Origin: Eledone cirrhosa
Lineage: Eukaryota
Direction: 5' to 3'
Length of the DNA: 64,000 nucleotides
Assembly: GCA_964016885.1 (NCBI GenBank)
Contig: OZ024765.1
Span: 5,704,001 to 5,768,000, forward strand
Positions 48,193 to 64,000 of this stretch are shown in pieces. The position numbers and the translations under genes were made by a program. How positions within the stretch are numbered: the stretch's first letter is position 1; every line of letters starts with the position of its first letter. The notes below the pieces were generated by a model that saw only the letters and a list, made by a program, of their open reading frames with translations, made no database searches and was not told where the DNA came from.

Positions 48193-51100
48193 ATATATAT
48201 ACATTCATACATATACATCGATACATTCTGTGAGTATGTCTTACTTAGGCAAAAGTCAAGTAATTTGCGGGGAGGAACCAATCCGTTAAATTGATCTCAG
48301 TACATGACTGGTACTATAAGTTATATGCTCCAAAATCATAAAATTATGGGTTAATCTAAATACTGAGAACAGAAAGGTGGGGTAAAATTATTTAAAAATT
48401 GAGGTTTTAATATTTTATCTTTTATTTACAAATTATATGTCTTGGTGTCATATTTAAGGATATAATGTAGTTATTGGTGGAAATAATATAATATGTGATG
48501 AAGAGGTGTATATAACTGTGGATATAGAATTGTTTTAATCATTATTTTTAACGGACGAAAAAACTACATAATGACTTCTAGTCGGAGTTACGGGAAATTA
48601 CGGCAAAGACCCTCCATGAAGGTTGAAATATTACTCATTATCTATATATAGGAATCGGGCTAAACAATTTACGGGCACGTCGCTCTAAGTTGGAATATTT
48701 TTCACACACACAGACACGGGAGTTAGGTATGGCATATTTCAAATAAGAGAACATTATTACAGACGGAGTCATTGTAGGTTGAAATCATTGTTAGACCGAT
48801 CAGAAAGAAAATGGATATTTAATTCATGAAAAAACCTGAAGTGTGAAAGACAGAGTCGACCCTTTCTAGTAACAACACTAAGAAACCCATGAACGCCACC
48901 ACGTCCTAAATCTAACTCTGCGATCGTCATATCAAATCGAAATACTTCACCAACTGTGGAAGATGAAGGATTGAAGAACTATGATATATAGCGAAGAGGC
49001 TTGTCTCCAGAACATTTAGTAAGGTGGAAGCCAAGGGTTGCCAAATATTTTGGCGTCATTGCCCACATTCACATGAAAAAATGTTCCACCAGCCACCTGT
49101 ATAGTAAATATTCCAAAGTATACCAAATATGTTTCGTAAATGTTTGTTCCTGGTTTAATTTTCCCAATTAGCTTCCTGATTTTTATTCAGGTTCTTTGCA
49201 TATATTCCTTGAATAGGTTTTCGGGTAGCATACCTTCTTAAATCTCAAAATTCTATATCGGCCACCAAAGTTTCCAATGGCCCTCAATTTTCTGTTCAGC
49301 TGCTCATCAGTTGAAACCCAACAGTTGAAACCGCCCAGTTGAGGAACCCCTGTGGGTAAGCTACCTCGAATGATGCTATATATTAATCGAGAGGAGGAGG
49401 TGACTATTATAATTTTTATAAGTAATTATCTTTTAAAGACAAGAGGAAATTTCATCATTAAAATCATAAATATATGTCTACAGAATACAGATTATCAAAA
49501 TGAAATTAAAAGCAAGTAAATCAGGGGCCACTAAACTTTACTTATTTAGTTTTATTTCTATCGTGAAAAATGTTGATCTTCAGATATTAGATTATGGCGG
49601 CTGTAATTGTCTTTGTGTTTACGTGTTTGTTTGAAATCCTATTTTAATGTTCGTCTCTCTTTAAACATCGTTTATAGTTTGTTAAAATTAATTTTAGATT
49701 ATTCGTACCTCGTCTGTGTGGGTTATTTTGATGTAGCGTCCCTGTCTTGTTTATTTTTGGTTACATTTTAAATGTGAAATACAGGAACATCAGACATTAA
49801 AATGAAATGTTACGTAAAACACACACCTTGTGTTTATTCCAGGTATTTAGATAGATGTCCAGATGTCCACTGACAACAAAATAATACAATCATCCAGTGA
49901 AACTTGGTAATAATCCAGGTTCGTTGCAGTCACCATTCACAGTAAACAATGGTTAGAAAGAATCAAAAACAAAAACAAAAGACGTATTCAGCAGTTAATG
50001 AAGTGAAAACAAAATAAAAACAACTTTACTGAATAAAATTCATTTCTTAATTTCAATAAGGTTTTTTGTTCTTTCTTTTATAAAAAAAATAAATTTTAAT
50101 TATAATATGGGACATTACTACAAAGTACAGCATTATTAGTTCAAATCTTACTTAATAAAAGAAACAAATACGCAGTTATTAGTATAAAACCTAACGGAAA
50201 TCGAACCCTAAATCAGGATCTCCACCGTCTCTAGTGCTTACCATTAGACCACAGGGACGGTTACAAAAATTTTTTGAAAATTAGTATTTACTTACCTATA
50301 CTAGAAAAAACCGGAAGTGGAGAAAATTGAAAAACTTCTTCTTTTTCTTCCTCTGATTTTTGCCACGAACGATAACTCGTCTCTGACTTAAATCCAAATT
50401 TTGGATTAAAAAAAATCAGAGGAAGAAAAAGAAGATGTTTTTCAATTTTCTCCACTTCCGGTTTTTTCTAGTAATGAAAAAGTAGGTTTATAAATATCAA
50501 TTTTTAAGTAAGTTTCTGTAACCGTCCGTTTAGCCTAGTGGTAAGTATAAGAGCCGGTGGAGGTCCAGGTCCGGGGTTCAATCACTGGCAGTGTGTCGTA
50601 TTATATTTTTTATAGTATAAAACAAAAATAAAAAAGTAACTTTATAAATATTAATTTTCACACTGTTTTTATATCGGTCTCCGTGGCCTAATGGTAGGTA
50701 TTAGAGACGGTGGAGAACCTGCTCTGGGTTTCGATTTCAGTCAAAGTCTATAGATAATAATTTCATTTTTTACTTTACTAGAGAAAAATTTTAATTTAAA
50801 AATATATAGTACAGATTCGGACTGAGATTGAACACCACATCAGTGTCTACATAGTCTCTAACACCTACCAAACAGATACAAGAACATAAGAAAAAATTAA
50901 TATTTATAAACCTACTTTTAATTTCCAAGCAAAATAGATGTGCTGGCGTTCATGGCTTTCTCATTGTTATTTCTACTATAATCGGGTCAATGTTTACATT
51001 TATTCTTCTGGGGCTTTCATAAAATATATTTTCACTTTCTTTCGGGTTCATTAGATCCTACAACCAGATGATCTACAGGGACCTTCTTCATGGTCATAGC

Positions 51101-52910
51101 TGATTATTAAATATATACGGGAGAGTGTGTGTGTGTGTGTATTAGATCTTGCCGTGATGTACTCAGCAATAATGGTTTTCAATTCCGTCGTCCCTCCATC
51201 CTTGGTGTGTATATAAATATATATGTGATTTTAACGTACAACGGCGACAATATATAAATCTGTTTCGTTTGATAATAATTAGATAAAGCTAATTCTACAA
51301 CCCCTGTTAAACATTGAAACCACGACTATAAAATATAGCAACAACCACGACATAACAGTCTCTGGTTAAATATGATTTAATGAAATTATTGCTAGAGATT
51401 GATCCCTAATATTTTATCTCACTCCTTAACCAGGGAGGAAAGGTCCTCAGACTCGGACAATGTTGATAAGGAGAGCAGAGTGTATCCTTATTTGTCACGT
51501 CTTTCCAGTTGTCACGGTATATAAAAGGCAGTAGTACTAGTCACTCCTGCGAAAGACGTTGTCAGTTAGCCTTCTGTAACGAGAGAAGAAGGTCGTGGCT
51601 TTTTTTTTCCTCCCTATCGCATAATTCATACATTTGTCATCCTTTAGCTATCAATATACAAGAGAAAGAAGAAAATTGAGAACTTCGGTCTTTTAAAAGT
51701 AACATTTATTACATTAGAGCAAAATCTTGCATTAACAATATTTTGTGAGACTAAACATGGAATGGACAAAGAGATTATTAGAAGAAGGGCAATTGTCTCT
51801 ATCTTAAACGTCAATACATTCTACAGAAAATCGAAATGAGAATAATTACAGAGATACTTTACAAAATGTTTCGCGATATGGTTCAAGTTATTTTGTAGTA
51901 ATATGCAGCTATATTTATACATGTCTCTTATACCCCTCCACGAGGAATTGTGAATATGTATGAATATGATTTTAAAGATGGCTAAACATGTTGAAGAAAA
52001 AAAAGGAATTCAGATGATAGGAATAATAAAACATTCCTTTGCCTAGCTAAATGTCGAGAGGTCTAAAACACTAGTTGAATGATATGTGTGATACGACCTA
52101 GAATATTGTTTTCGGGGATGGTCAGACGACTTCAGAAAATACGGAGAAGCTATTGAAGGAATCCAGAAAAGAACAAAACAGAAAACACCAGAATTATTAA
52201 GAAATCTGTCTTCTGAAGAAAGATGTTAAACTTTAGGGATTGCAAATTTAGAGGAGATAAATCTAAGAGGGTGGGGGGGGGGGGGGACATGATAGAAATA
52301 TATATTTAAAGGACTAATATTTAAATAGTAGTACACTATTCCAATGTAAAACTCTGAATAACTATATCTTTCGGGGAGATATATCAAACGAGTGACATGA
52401 TAGAAATATTTAAAATAATGAAAGGACTACAATATACAGTATTGCAGAAGTAAATGAAAATATAAGAAGACATCACCATTGAACTGCAGATGAAAGTCAG
52501 TACTCTTTACATTTATCCCAGGTATATAGAAAGCTATCCTTATGTCCACTGATTGAAATATAAAACAATAAAGAAACACCACAATCCAGTAAACCTTAGT
52601 AATAATCCAATTAAGCCGCCATTTACAGTAGAAAATAGTAAGAAAAACAAAGTCACACTCAGAAGTTAATGCAGTGAAAACAATAAAAATATTATTAATA
52701 ATAAAACAATAAAGAAACACCACAATCCAGTAAACCTTAGTAATAATCCAATTAAGCCGCCATTTACAGTAGAAAATGGTAAGAAAAACAAAGTCACACT
52801 CAGAAGTTAATGCAGTGAAAACAATAAAAATATTATTAATAAATAATAATAATTTCATTTCATATTATCATTAAATTGTTTATCTATTTTTATTGTAAAC
52901 ATAAAATATA

Positions 52911-52949
<39 letters not shown>

Positions 52950-55900
52950 TCATACATATACATCGATACATTCTGTGAGTATGTCTTACTTAGGCAAAAG
53001 TCAAGTAATTTGCGGGGAGGAACCAATCCGTTAAATTGATCCCAGTACATGACTGGTACTATAAGTTATATGCTCCAAAATCATAAAATTATGGGTTAAT
53101 CTAAACACTGAGAACACAAAGGTGGGGTAAAATAATTTAAAAATTGAGGTTTTAATATTTTATCTTTTATTTACAAATTATATGTCTTGGTGTCATATTT
53201 AAGGATATAATGTAGTTATTGGTGGAAATAATATAATATGTGATGAAGAGGTGTATATAACTGTGGATATAGAATTGTTTTAATCATTATTTTTAACGGA
53301 CGAAAAAACTACATAATGACTTCTAGTCGGAGTTACGGGAAATTACGGCAAAGACCTTCCATGAAGGTTCAAATATTACACATTATCTATATATAGGAAT
53401 CAGGCTAAACAATTTACGGGCACGTCGCTCTAAGTTGGAATATTTTTCACACACACAGACACGGGAGTTAGGTATGGCATATTTCAAATAAGAGAACATT
53501 ATTACAGACGGAGTCATTGTAGGTTGAAATCATTGTTAGACCGATCAGAAAGAAAATGGATATTTAATTCATGAAAAAACCTGAAGTGTGAAAGACAGAG
53601 TCGACCCTTTCTAGTAACAACACTAAGAAACCCATGAACGCCACCACGTCCTAAATCTAACTCTGCGATCGTCATATCAAATCGAAATACTTCACCAACT
53701 GTGGAAGATGAAGGATTGAAGAACTATGATATATAGCGAAGAGGCTTGTCTCCAGAACATTTAGTAAGGTGTAAGCCAAGGGTTGCCAAATATTTTGGCG
53801 TCATTTCCCACATTCACATGAAAAAATGTTCCACCAGCCACCTGTATAGTAAATATTCCAAAGTATACCAAATATGTTTCGTAAATGTTTGTTCCTGGTT
53901 TAATTTTCCCAATTAGCTTCCTGATTTTTATTCAGGTTCTTTGCATATATTCCTTGAATAGGTTTTCGGGTAGCATACCTTCTTAAATCTCAAAATTCTA
54001 TATCGGCCACCAAAGTTTCCAATGGCCCTCAATTTTCTGTTCAGCTGCTCATCGCCCACCCAACAGTTGAAACCGCCCAGTTGTGGAACCCCTGTGGGTA
54101 AGCTACCTCGAATGATGCTATATATTAATCGAGAGGAGGAGGTGACTATTATAATTTTTATAAGTAATAATCTTTTAAAGACAAGAGGAAATTTCATCAT
54201 TAAAATCATAAATATATGTCTACAGAATACAGATTATCAAAATGAAATTAAAAGCAAGTAAATCAGGGGCCACTAAACTTTACTTATTTAGTTTTATTTC
54301 TATCGTGAAAAATGTTGATCTTCAGATATTAGATTATGGCGGCTGTAATTGTCTTTGTGTTTACGTGTTTGTTTGAAATCCTATTTTAATGTTCGTCTCT
54401 CTTTAAACATCGTTTATAGTTTGTTAAAATTAATTTTAGATTATTCGTACCTCGTCTGTGTGGTTTATTTTGATGTAGCGTCCCTGTCTTGTTTATTTTT
54501 GGTTACATTTTAAATGTGAAATACAGGAACATCAGACATTAAAATGAAATGTTACGTAAAACACACACCTTGTGTTTATTCCAGGTATTTAGATAGATGT
54601 CCAGATGTCCACTGACAACAAAATAATACAATCATCCAGTGAAACTTGGTAATAATCCAGGTTCGTTGCAGTCACCATTCACAGTAAACAATGGTTAGAA
54701 AGAATCAAAAACAAAAACAAAAGACGTATTCAGCAGTTAATGAAGTGAAAACAAAATAAAAACAACTTTACTGAATAAAATTCATTTCTTAATTTCAATA
54801 AGGTTTTTTGTTCTTTCTTTTATAAAAAAAATAAATTTTAATTAAAATATCTTGAATATAATATGGGACATTACTACAAAGTACAGCATTATTAGTTCAA
54901 ATCTTACTTAATAAAAGCAACAAATACGCAGTTATTAGTATAAAAGCTAACGGAAATCGAACCCTAAATCAGGATCTCCACCGTCTCTAGCGCTTACCAT
55001 TAGGCCACAGGGACGGTTACAAAAATTTTTTGAAAATTAATATTTACTTACCTATACTAGAAAAAACCGGAAGTGGAGAAAATTGAAAAACTTCTTCTTT
55101 TTCTTCCTCTGATTTTTGCCACGAACGATAACTCGTCTCTGACTTAAATCCAAATTTTGGTTAAAAAAAAATCAGAGGAAGAAAAAGAAGATGTTTTTCA
55201 ATTTTCTCCACTTCCGGTTTATTCTAGTAATGAAAAAGTAGGTTTATAAATATCAATTTTCAGTAAGTTTCTGTAACCGTCCCTTTAGCCTAGTGGTAAG
55301 TATAAGAGCCGGTGGAGGTCCAGGTCCGGGGTTCAATCACTGGCAGTGTGTCGTATTATATTTTTTATAGTATAAAACAAAAATAAAAAAGTAACTTTAT
55401 AAGTATCAATTTTCACACTGTTTTTATATCTGTCTCCGTGGCCTAATGGTAGGTATTAGAGACGGTGGAGAACCTGCTCTGGGTTTCGATTTCAGTCAAA
55501 GTCTATAGATAATAATTTCATTTTTTACTTTACTAGAGAAAAATTTTAATTTAAAAATATATAGTACAGATTCGGACTGAGATTGAACACCACATCAGTG
55601 TCTACATAGTCTCTAACACCTACCAAACAGATACAAGAACATAAGAAAAAATTAATTTTTATAAACCTACTTTTAATTTCCAAGCAAAATAGATGTGCTG
55701 GCGTTCATGGCTTTCTCATTGTTATTTCTACTATAATCGGGTCAATGTTTACATTTATTCTTCTGGGGCTTTCATAAAATATATTTTCACTTTCTTTCGG
55801 GTTCATTAGATCCTACAACCAGATGATCTACAGGGACCTTCTTCATGGTCATAGCTGATTATTAAATATATACGGGAGAGTGTGTGTGTATTAGATCTTG

Positions 55901-58900
55901 CCGTGATGTACTCAGCAATAATGGTTTTCAATTCCGTCGTCCCTCCATCCTTGGTGTGTATATAAATATATATGTGATTTTAACGTACAACGGCGACAAT
56001 ATATAAATTTGTTTTGTTTGATAATAATTAGATAAAGCTAATTCTACAACCCCTGTTAAACATTGAAACCACGACTATAAAATATAGCAACAACCACGAC
56101 ATAACAGTCTCTGGTTAAATATGATTTAATGAAATTATTGCTAGAGATTGATCCCTAATATTTTATCTCACTCCTTAACCAGGGAGGAAAGGTCCTCAGA
56201 CTCGGACAATGTTGATAAGGAGAGCAGAGTGTATCCTTATTTGTCACGTCTTTCCAGTTGTCACGGTATATAAAAGGCAGTAGTAATAGTCACTCCTGCG
56301 AAAGACGTTGTCAGTTAGCCTTCTGTAACGAGAGAAGAAGGTCGTGGCTTTTTTTCCTCCCTATCACATAATTCATACATTTGTCATCCTTTAGATATCA
56401 ATATACAAGAGAAAGAAGAAAATTGAGAACTTCGATCTTTTAAAAGTAACATTTATTACATTAGAGCAAAATCTTGCATTAACAATATTTTGTGAGGCTA
56501 AAACATGGAATGGACAAAGAGATTATTAGAAGAAGGGCAATTGTCTCTATCTTAAACGTCAATACATTCTACAGAAAATCGAAATGAGAATAATTACAGA
56601 GATACTTTACAAAATGTTTCGCGATATGGTTCAAGTTATTTTGTAGTAATATGCAGCTATATTTATACATGTCTCTTATACCCCTCCACGAGGAATTGTG
56701 AATATGTATGAATATGATTTTAAAGATGGCTAAACATGTTGAAGAAAAAAAAGGAATTCAGATGATAGGAATAATAAAACATTCCTTTGCCTAGCTAAAT
56801 GTCGAGAGGTCTAAAACACTAGTTGAATGATATGTGTGATACGACCTAGAATATTGTTTTGGGGCATGGTCAGACGACTTCAGAAAATACGGAGAAGCTA
56901 TTGAAGGAATCCAGAAAAGAACAAAACAGAAAACACCAGAATTATTAAGAAATCTGTCTTCTGAAGAAAGATGTTAAACTTTAGGGATTGCAAATTTAGA
57001 GGAGATAAATCTAAGAGGGTGGGGGGGGCATAATAGAAATATATATTTAAAGGACTAATATTTAAATAGTAGTACACTATTCCAATGTAAAGCTCTGAAT
57101 AACTATATCTTTCGGGGAGATATATCAAACGAGTGACATGATAGAAATATTTAAAATAATGAAAAGACTACAATATACAGTATTGCAGAAGTAAATGAAA
57201 ATATAAGAAGACATCACCATTGAACTGCAGATGAAAGTCAGTACTCTTTACATTTATCCCAGGTATATAGAAAGCTATCCTGATGTCCACTGATTGAAAT
57301 ATAAAACAATAAAGAAACACCACAATCCAGTAAACCTTAGTAATAATCCAATTAAGCCGCCATTTACAGTAGAAAATAGTAAGAAAAACAAAGTCACACT
57401 CAGAAGTTAATGCAGTGAAAACAATAAAAATATTATTAATAAATAATAATAATTTCATTTCATATTATCATTAAATTGTTTGTCTATTTTTATTGTAAAC
57501 ATAAAATATACTAATATATATATACATTCATACATATACATCGATACATTCTGTGAGTATGTCTTACTTAGGCAAAAGTCAAGTAATTTGCGGGGAGGAA
57601 CCAATCCGTTAAATTGATCCCAGTACATGACTGGTACTATAAGTTATATGCTCCAAAATCATAAAATTATGGGTTAATCTAAACACTGAGAACACAAAGG
57701 TGGGGTAAAATTATTTAAAAATTGAGGTTTTAATATTTTATCTTTTATTTACAAATTATATGTCTTGGTGTCATATTTAAGGATATAATGTAGTTATTGG
57801 TGGAAATAATATAATATGTGATGAAGAGGTGTATATAACTGTGGATATAGAATTGTTTTAATCATTATTTTTAACGGACGAAAAAACTACATAATGACTT
57901 CTAGTCGGAGTTACGGGAAATTACGGCAAAGACCTTCCATGAAGGTTCAAATATTACACATTATCTATATATAGGAATCAGGCTAAACAATTTACGGGCA
58001 CGTCGCTCTAAGTTGGAATATTTTTCACACACACAGACACGGGAGTTAGGTATGGCATATTTCAAATAAGAGAACATTATTACAGACGTATTCATTGTAG
58101 GTTGAAATCATTGTTAGACCGATCAGAAAGAAAATGGATATTTAATTCATGAAAAAACCTGAAGTGTGAAAGACAGAGTCGACCCTTTCTAGTAACAACA
58201 CTAAGAAACCCATGAACGCCACCACGTCCTAAATCTAACTCTGCGATCGTCATATCAAATCGAAATACTTCACCAACTGTGGAAGATGAAGGATTGAAGA
58301 ACTATGATATATAGCGAAGAGGCTTGTCTCCAGAACATTTAGTAAGGTGTAAGCCAAGGGTTGCCAAATATTTTGGCGTCATTTCCCACATTCACATGAA
58401 AAAATGTTCCACCAGCCACCTGTATAGTAAATATTTCAAAGTATACCAAATATGTTTCGTAAATGTTTGTTCCTGGTTTAATTTTCCCAATTAGCTTCCT
58501 GATTTTTATTCAGGTTCTTTGCATATATTCCTTGAATAGGTTTTCGGGTAGCATACCTTCTTAAATCTCAAAATCCTATATCGGCCACCAAAGTTTCCAA
58601 TGGCCCTCAATTTTCTGTTCAGCTGCTCATCGCCCACCCAACAGTTGAAACCGCCCAGTTGAGGAACCCCTGTGGGTAAGCTACCTCGAATGATGCTATA
58701 TATTAATCGAGAGGAGGAGGTGACTATTATAATTTTTATAAGTAATAATCTTTTAAAGACAAGAGGAAAAAATTCATCATTAAAATCATAAATATATGTC
58801 TACAGAATACAGATTATCAAAATGAAATTAAAAGCAAGTAAATCAGGGGCCACTAAACTTTACTTATTTAGTTTTATTTCTATCGTGAAAAATGTTGATC

Positions 58901-61900
58901 TTCAGATATTAGATTATGGCGGCTGTAATTGTCTTTGTGTTTACGTGTTTGTTTGAAATCCTATTTTAATGTTCGTCTCTCTTTAAACATCGTTTATAGT
59001 TTGTTAAAATTAATTTTAGATTATTCGTACCTCGTCTGTGTGGTTTATTTTGATGTAGCGTCCCTGTCTTGTTTATTTTTGGTTACATTTTAAATGTGAA
59101 ATACAGGAACATCAGACATTAAAATGAAATGTTACGTAAAACACACACCTTGTGTTTATTCCAGGTATTTAGATAGATGTCCAGATGTCCACTGACAACA
59201 AAATAATACAATCATCCAGTGAAACTTGGTAATAATCCAGGTTCGTTGCAGTCACCATTCACAGTAAACAATGGTTAGAAAGAATCAAAAACAAAAACAA
59301 AAGACGTATTCAGCAGTTAATGAAGTGAAAACAAAATAAAAACAACTTTACTGAATAAAATTCATTTCTTAATTTCAATAAGGTTTTTTGTTCTTTCTTT
59401 TATAAAAAAAATAAATTTTAATTAAAATATGTTGAATATAATATGGGACATTACTACAAAGTACAGCATTATTAGTTCAAATCTTACTTAATAAAAGAAA
59501 CAAATACGCAGTTATTAGTATAAAACCTAACGGAAATCGAACCCTAAATCAGGATCTCCACCGTCTCTAGTGCTTACCATTAGGCCACAGGGACGGTTAC
59601 AAAAATTTTTTGAAAATTAGTATTTACTTACCTATACTAGAAAAAACCGGAAGTGGAGAAAATTGAAAAACTTCTTCTTTTTCTTCCTCTGATTTTTGCC
59701 ACGAACGATAACTCGTCTCTGACTTAAATCCAAATTTTGGATAAAAAAAAATCAGAGGAAGAAAAAGAAGATGTTTTTCAATTTTCTCCACTTCCGGTTT
59801 TTTCTAGTAATGAAAAAGTAGGTTTATAAATATCAATTTTTAAGTAAGTTTCTGTAACCGTCCCTTTAGCTTAGTGGTAAGTATAAGAGCCGGTGGAGGT
59901 CCAGGTCCGGGGTTCAATCACTGGCAGTGTGTCGTACTATATTTTTTATAGTATAAAACAAAAATAAAAAAGTAACTTTATAAATATTAATTTTCACACT
60001 GTTTTTATATCTGTCTCCGTTGCCTAATGGTAGGTATTAGAGACGGTGGAGAACCTGCTCTGGGTTTCGATTTCAGTCAAAGTCTATAGATAATAATTTC
60101 ATTTTTTACTTTACTAGAGAAAAATATATAGTACAGATTCGGACTGAGATTGAACACCACATCAGTGTCTACATAGTCTCTAACACCTACCAAACAGATA
60201 CAAGAACATAAGAAAAAATTAATATTTATAAACCTACTTTTAATTTCCAAGCAAAATAGATGTGCTGGCGTTCATGGCTTTCTCATTGTTATTTCTACTA
60301 TAATCGGGTCAATGTTTACATTTATTCTTCTGGGGCTTTCATAAAATATATTTTCACTTTCTTTCGGGTTCATTAGATCCTACAACCAGATGATCTACAG
60401 GGACCTTCTTCATGGTCATAGCTGATTATTAAATATATACGGGAGAGTGTGTGTGTGTGTGTGTGTGTATTAGATCTTGCCGTGATGTACTCAGCAATAA
60501 TGGTTTTCAATTCCGTCGTCCCTCCATCCTTGGTGTGTATATAAATATATATGTGATTTTAACGTACAACGGCGACAATATATAAATTTGTTTTGTTTGA
60601 TAATAATTAGATAAAGCTAATTCTACAACCCCTGTTAAACATTGAAACCACGACTATAAAATATAGCAACAACCACGACATAACAGTCTCTGGTTAAATA
60701 TGATTTAATGAAATTATTGCTAGAGATTGATCCCTAATATTTTATCTCACTCCTTAACCAGGGAGGAAAGGTCCTCAGACTCGGACAATGTTGATAAGGA
60801 GAGCAGAGTGTATCCTTATTTGTCACGTCTTTCCAGTTGTCACGGTATATAAAAGGCAGTAGTACTAGTCACTCCTGCGAAAGACGTTGTCAGTTAGCCT
60901 TCTGTAACGAGAGAAGAAGGTCGTGGCTTTTTTTTCCTCCCTATCACATAATTCATACATTTGTCATCCTTTAGATATCAATATACAAGAGAAAGAAGAA
61001 AATTGAGAACTTCGATCTTTTAAAAGTAACATTTATTACATTAGAGCAAAATCTTGCATTAACAATATTTTGTGAGGCTAAAACATGGAATGGACAAAGA
61101 GATTATTAGAAGAAGGGCAATTGTCTCTATCTTAAACGTCAATACATTCTACAGAAAATCGAAATGAGAATAATTACAGAGATACTTTACAAAATGTTTC
61201 GCGATATGGTTCAAGTTATTTTGTAGTAATATGCAGCTATATTTATACATGTCTCTTATACCCCTCCACGAGGAATTGTGAATATGTATGAATATGATTT
61301 TAAAGATGGCTAAACATGTTGAAGAAAAAAAAGGAATTCAGATGATAGGAATAATAAAACATTCCTTTGCCTAGCTAAATGTCGAGAGGTCTAAAACACT
61401 AGTTGAATGATATGTGTGATACGACCTAGAATATTGTTTTGGGGCATGGTCAGACGACTTCAGAAAATACGGAGAAGCTATTGAAGGAATCCAGAAAAGA
61501 ACAAAACAGAAAACACCAGAATTATTAAGAAATCTGTCTTCTGAAGAAAGATGTTAAACTTTAGGGATTGCAAATTTAGAGGAGATAAATCTAAGAGGGT
61601 GGGGGGGGGGGACATGATAGAAATATATATTTAAAGGACTAATATTTAAATAGTAGTACACTATTCCAATGTAAAGCTCTGAATAACTATATCTTTCGGG
61701 GAGATATATCAAACGAGTGACATGATAGAAATATTTAAAATAATGAAAAGACTACAATATACAGTATTGCAGAAGTAAATGAAAATATAAGAAGACATCA
61801 CCATTGAACTGCAGATGAAAGTCAGTACTCTTTACATTTATCCCAGGTATATAGAAAGCTATCCTGATGTCCACTGATTGAAATATAAAACAATAAAGAA

Positions 61901-64000
61901 ACACCACAATCCAGTAAACCTTAGTAATAATCCAATTAAGCCGCCATTTACAGTAGAAAATAGTAAGAAAAACAAAGTCACACTCAGAAGTTAATGCAGT
62001 GAAAACAATAAAAATATTATTAATAAATAATAATAATTTCATTTCATATTATCATTAAATTGTTTGTCTATTTTTATTGTAAACATAAAATATACTAATA
62101 TATATATACATTCATACATATACATCGATACATTCTGTGAGTATGTCTTACTTAGGCAAAAGTCAAGTAATTTGCGGGGAGGAACCAATCCGTTAAATTG
62201 ATCCCAGTACATGACTGGTACTATAAGTTATATGCTCCAAAATCATAAAATTATGGGTTAATCTAAACACTGAGAACACAAAGGTGGGGTAAAATTATTT
62301 AAAAATTGAGGTTTTAATATTTTATCTTTTATTTACAAATTATATGTCTTGGTGTCATATTTAAGGATATAATGTAGTTATTGGTGGAAATAATATAATA
62401 TGTGATGAAGAGGTGTATATAACTGTGGATATAGAATTGTTTTAATCATTATTTTTAACGGACGAAAAAACTACATAATGACTTCTAGTCGGAGTTACGG
62501 GAAATTACGGCAAAGACCCTCCATGAAGGTTCAAATATTACACATTATCTATATATAGGAATCGGGCTAAACAATTTACGGGCACGTCGCTCTAAGTTGG
62601 AATATTTTTCACACACACAGACACGGGAGTTAGGTATGGCATATTTCAAATAAGAGAACATTATTACAGACGGAGTCATTGTAGGTTGAAATCATTGTTA
62701 GACCGATCAGAAAGAAAATGGATATTTAATTCATGAAAAAACCTGAAGTGTGAAAGACAGAGTCGACCCTTTCTAGTAACAACACTAAGAAACCCATGAA
62801 CGCCACCACGTCCTAAATCTAACTCTGCGATCGTCATATCAAATCGAAATACTTCACCAACTGTGGAAGATGAAGGATTGAAGAACTATGATATATAGCG
62901 AAGAGGCTTGTCTCCAGAACATTTAGTAAGGTGTAAGCCAAGGGTTGCCAAATATTTTGGCGTCATTTCCCACATTCACATGAAAAAATGTTCCACCAGC
63001 CACCTGTATAGTAAATATTTCAAAGTATACCAAATATGTTTCGTAAATGTTTGTTCCTGGTTTAATTTTCCCAATTAGCTTCCTGATTTTTATTCAGGTT
63101 CTTTGCATATATTCCTTGAATAGGTTTTCGGGTAGCATACCTTCTTAAATCTCAAAATTCTATATCGGCCACCAAAGTTTCCAATGGCCCTCAATTTTCT
63201 GTTCAGCTGCTCATCGCCCACCCAACAGTTGAAACCGCCCAGTTGAGGAACCCCTGTGGGTAAGCTACCTCGAATGATGCTATATATTAATCGAGAGGAG
63301 GAGGTGACTATTATAATTTTTATAAGTAATAATCTTTTAAAGACAAGAGGAAAAAATTCATCATTAAAATCATAAATATATGTCTACAGAATACAGATTA
63401 TCAAAATGAAATTAAAAGCAAGTAAATCAGGGGCCACTAAACTTTACATATTTAGTTTTATTTCTATCGTGAAAAATGTTGATCTTCAGATATTAGATTA
63501 TGGCGGCTGTAATTGTCTTTGTGTTTACGTGTTTGTTTGAAATCCTATTTTAATGTTCGTCTCTCTTTAAACATCGTTTATAGTTTGTTAAAATTAATTT
63601 TAGATTATTCGTACCTCGTCTGTGTGGTTTATTTTGATGTAGCGTCCCTGTCTTGTTTATTTTTGGTTACATTTTAAATGTGAAATACAGGAACATCAGA
63701 CATTAAAATGAAATGTTACGTAAAACACACACCTTGTGTTTATTCCAGGTATTTAGATAGATGTCCAGATGTCCACTGACAACAAAATAATACAATCATC
63801 CAGTGAAACTTGGTAATAATCCAGGTTCGTTGAATGTCACCATTCCCAGTAAACAATGGTTAGAAAGAATCAAAAACAAAAACAAAAGACGTATTCAGCA
63901 GTTAATGAAGTGAAAACAAAATAAAAACAACTTTACTGAATAAAATTCATTTCTTAATTTCAATAAGGTTTTTTGTTCTTTCTTTTATAAAAAAAATAAA

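Larger units (their letters stand above)
31712..64000. repeat. Macrosatellite/tandem segmental array, >=7 copies of 4.5-4.9 kb
   Basis: Units start at 31712, 36252, 41065, 45641, 50526, 55281, 59862 (lengths 4540, 4813, 4576, 4885, 4755, 4581, partial). Confidence 0.97.

Overview
Eukaryotic, AT-rich, repeat-dense DNA. The tandem single-exon C2H2 genes, SINE/RTE families and long (TA)n tracts suggest an octopus/cephalopod genome (inference). Left half (1-29.5 kb): three paralogous C2H2 zinc-finger genes with a near-identical leader, two of them in a divergent inverted arrangement. These are interleaved with RTE LINE pieces, tRNA-derived SINEs, MITEs, a large foldback palindrome built on an 88-bp satellite, and three small inverted-repeat elements that carry type I hammerhead ribozyme motifs (Penelope-like). 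Right half: a 46-bp satellite (29.5-31.7 kb) runs directly into a ~4.6-4.9-kb tandem array of at least 7 copies. Each array unit has four tRNA-like Pol III modules around a palindrome, a TATA promoter-like site, a CR1 remnant, SINE and hAT-like remnants, and two diverged exon-like paralogues with splice sites. All calls were made by eye with no searches run, and repeat boundaries are approximate.
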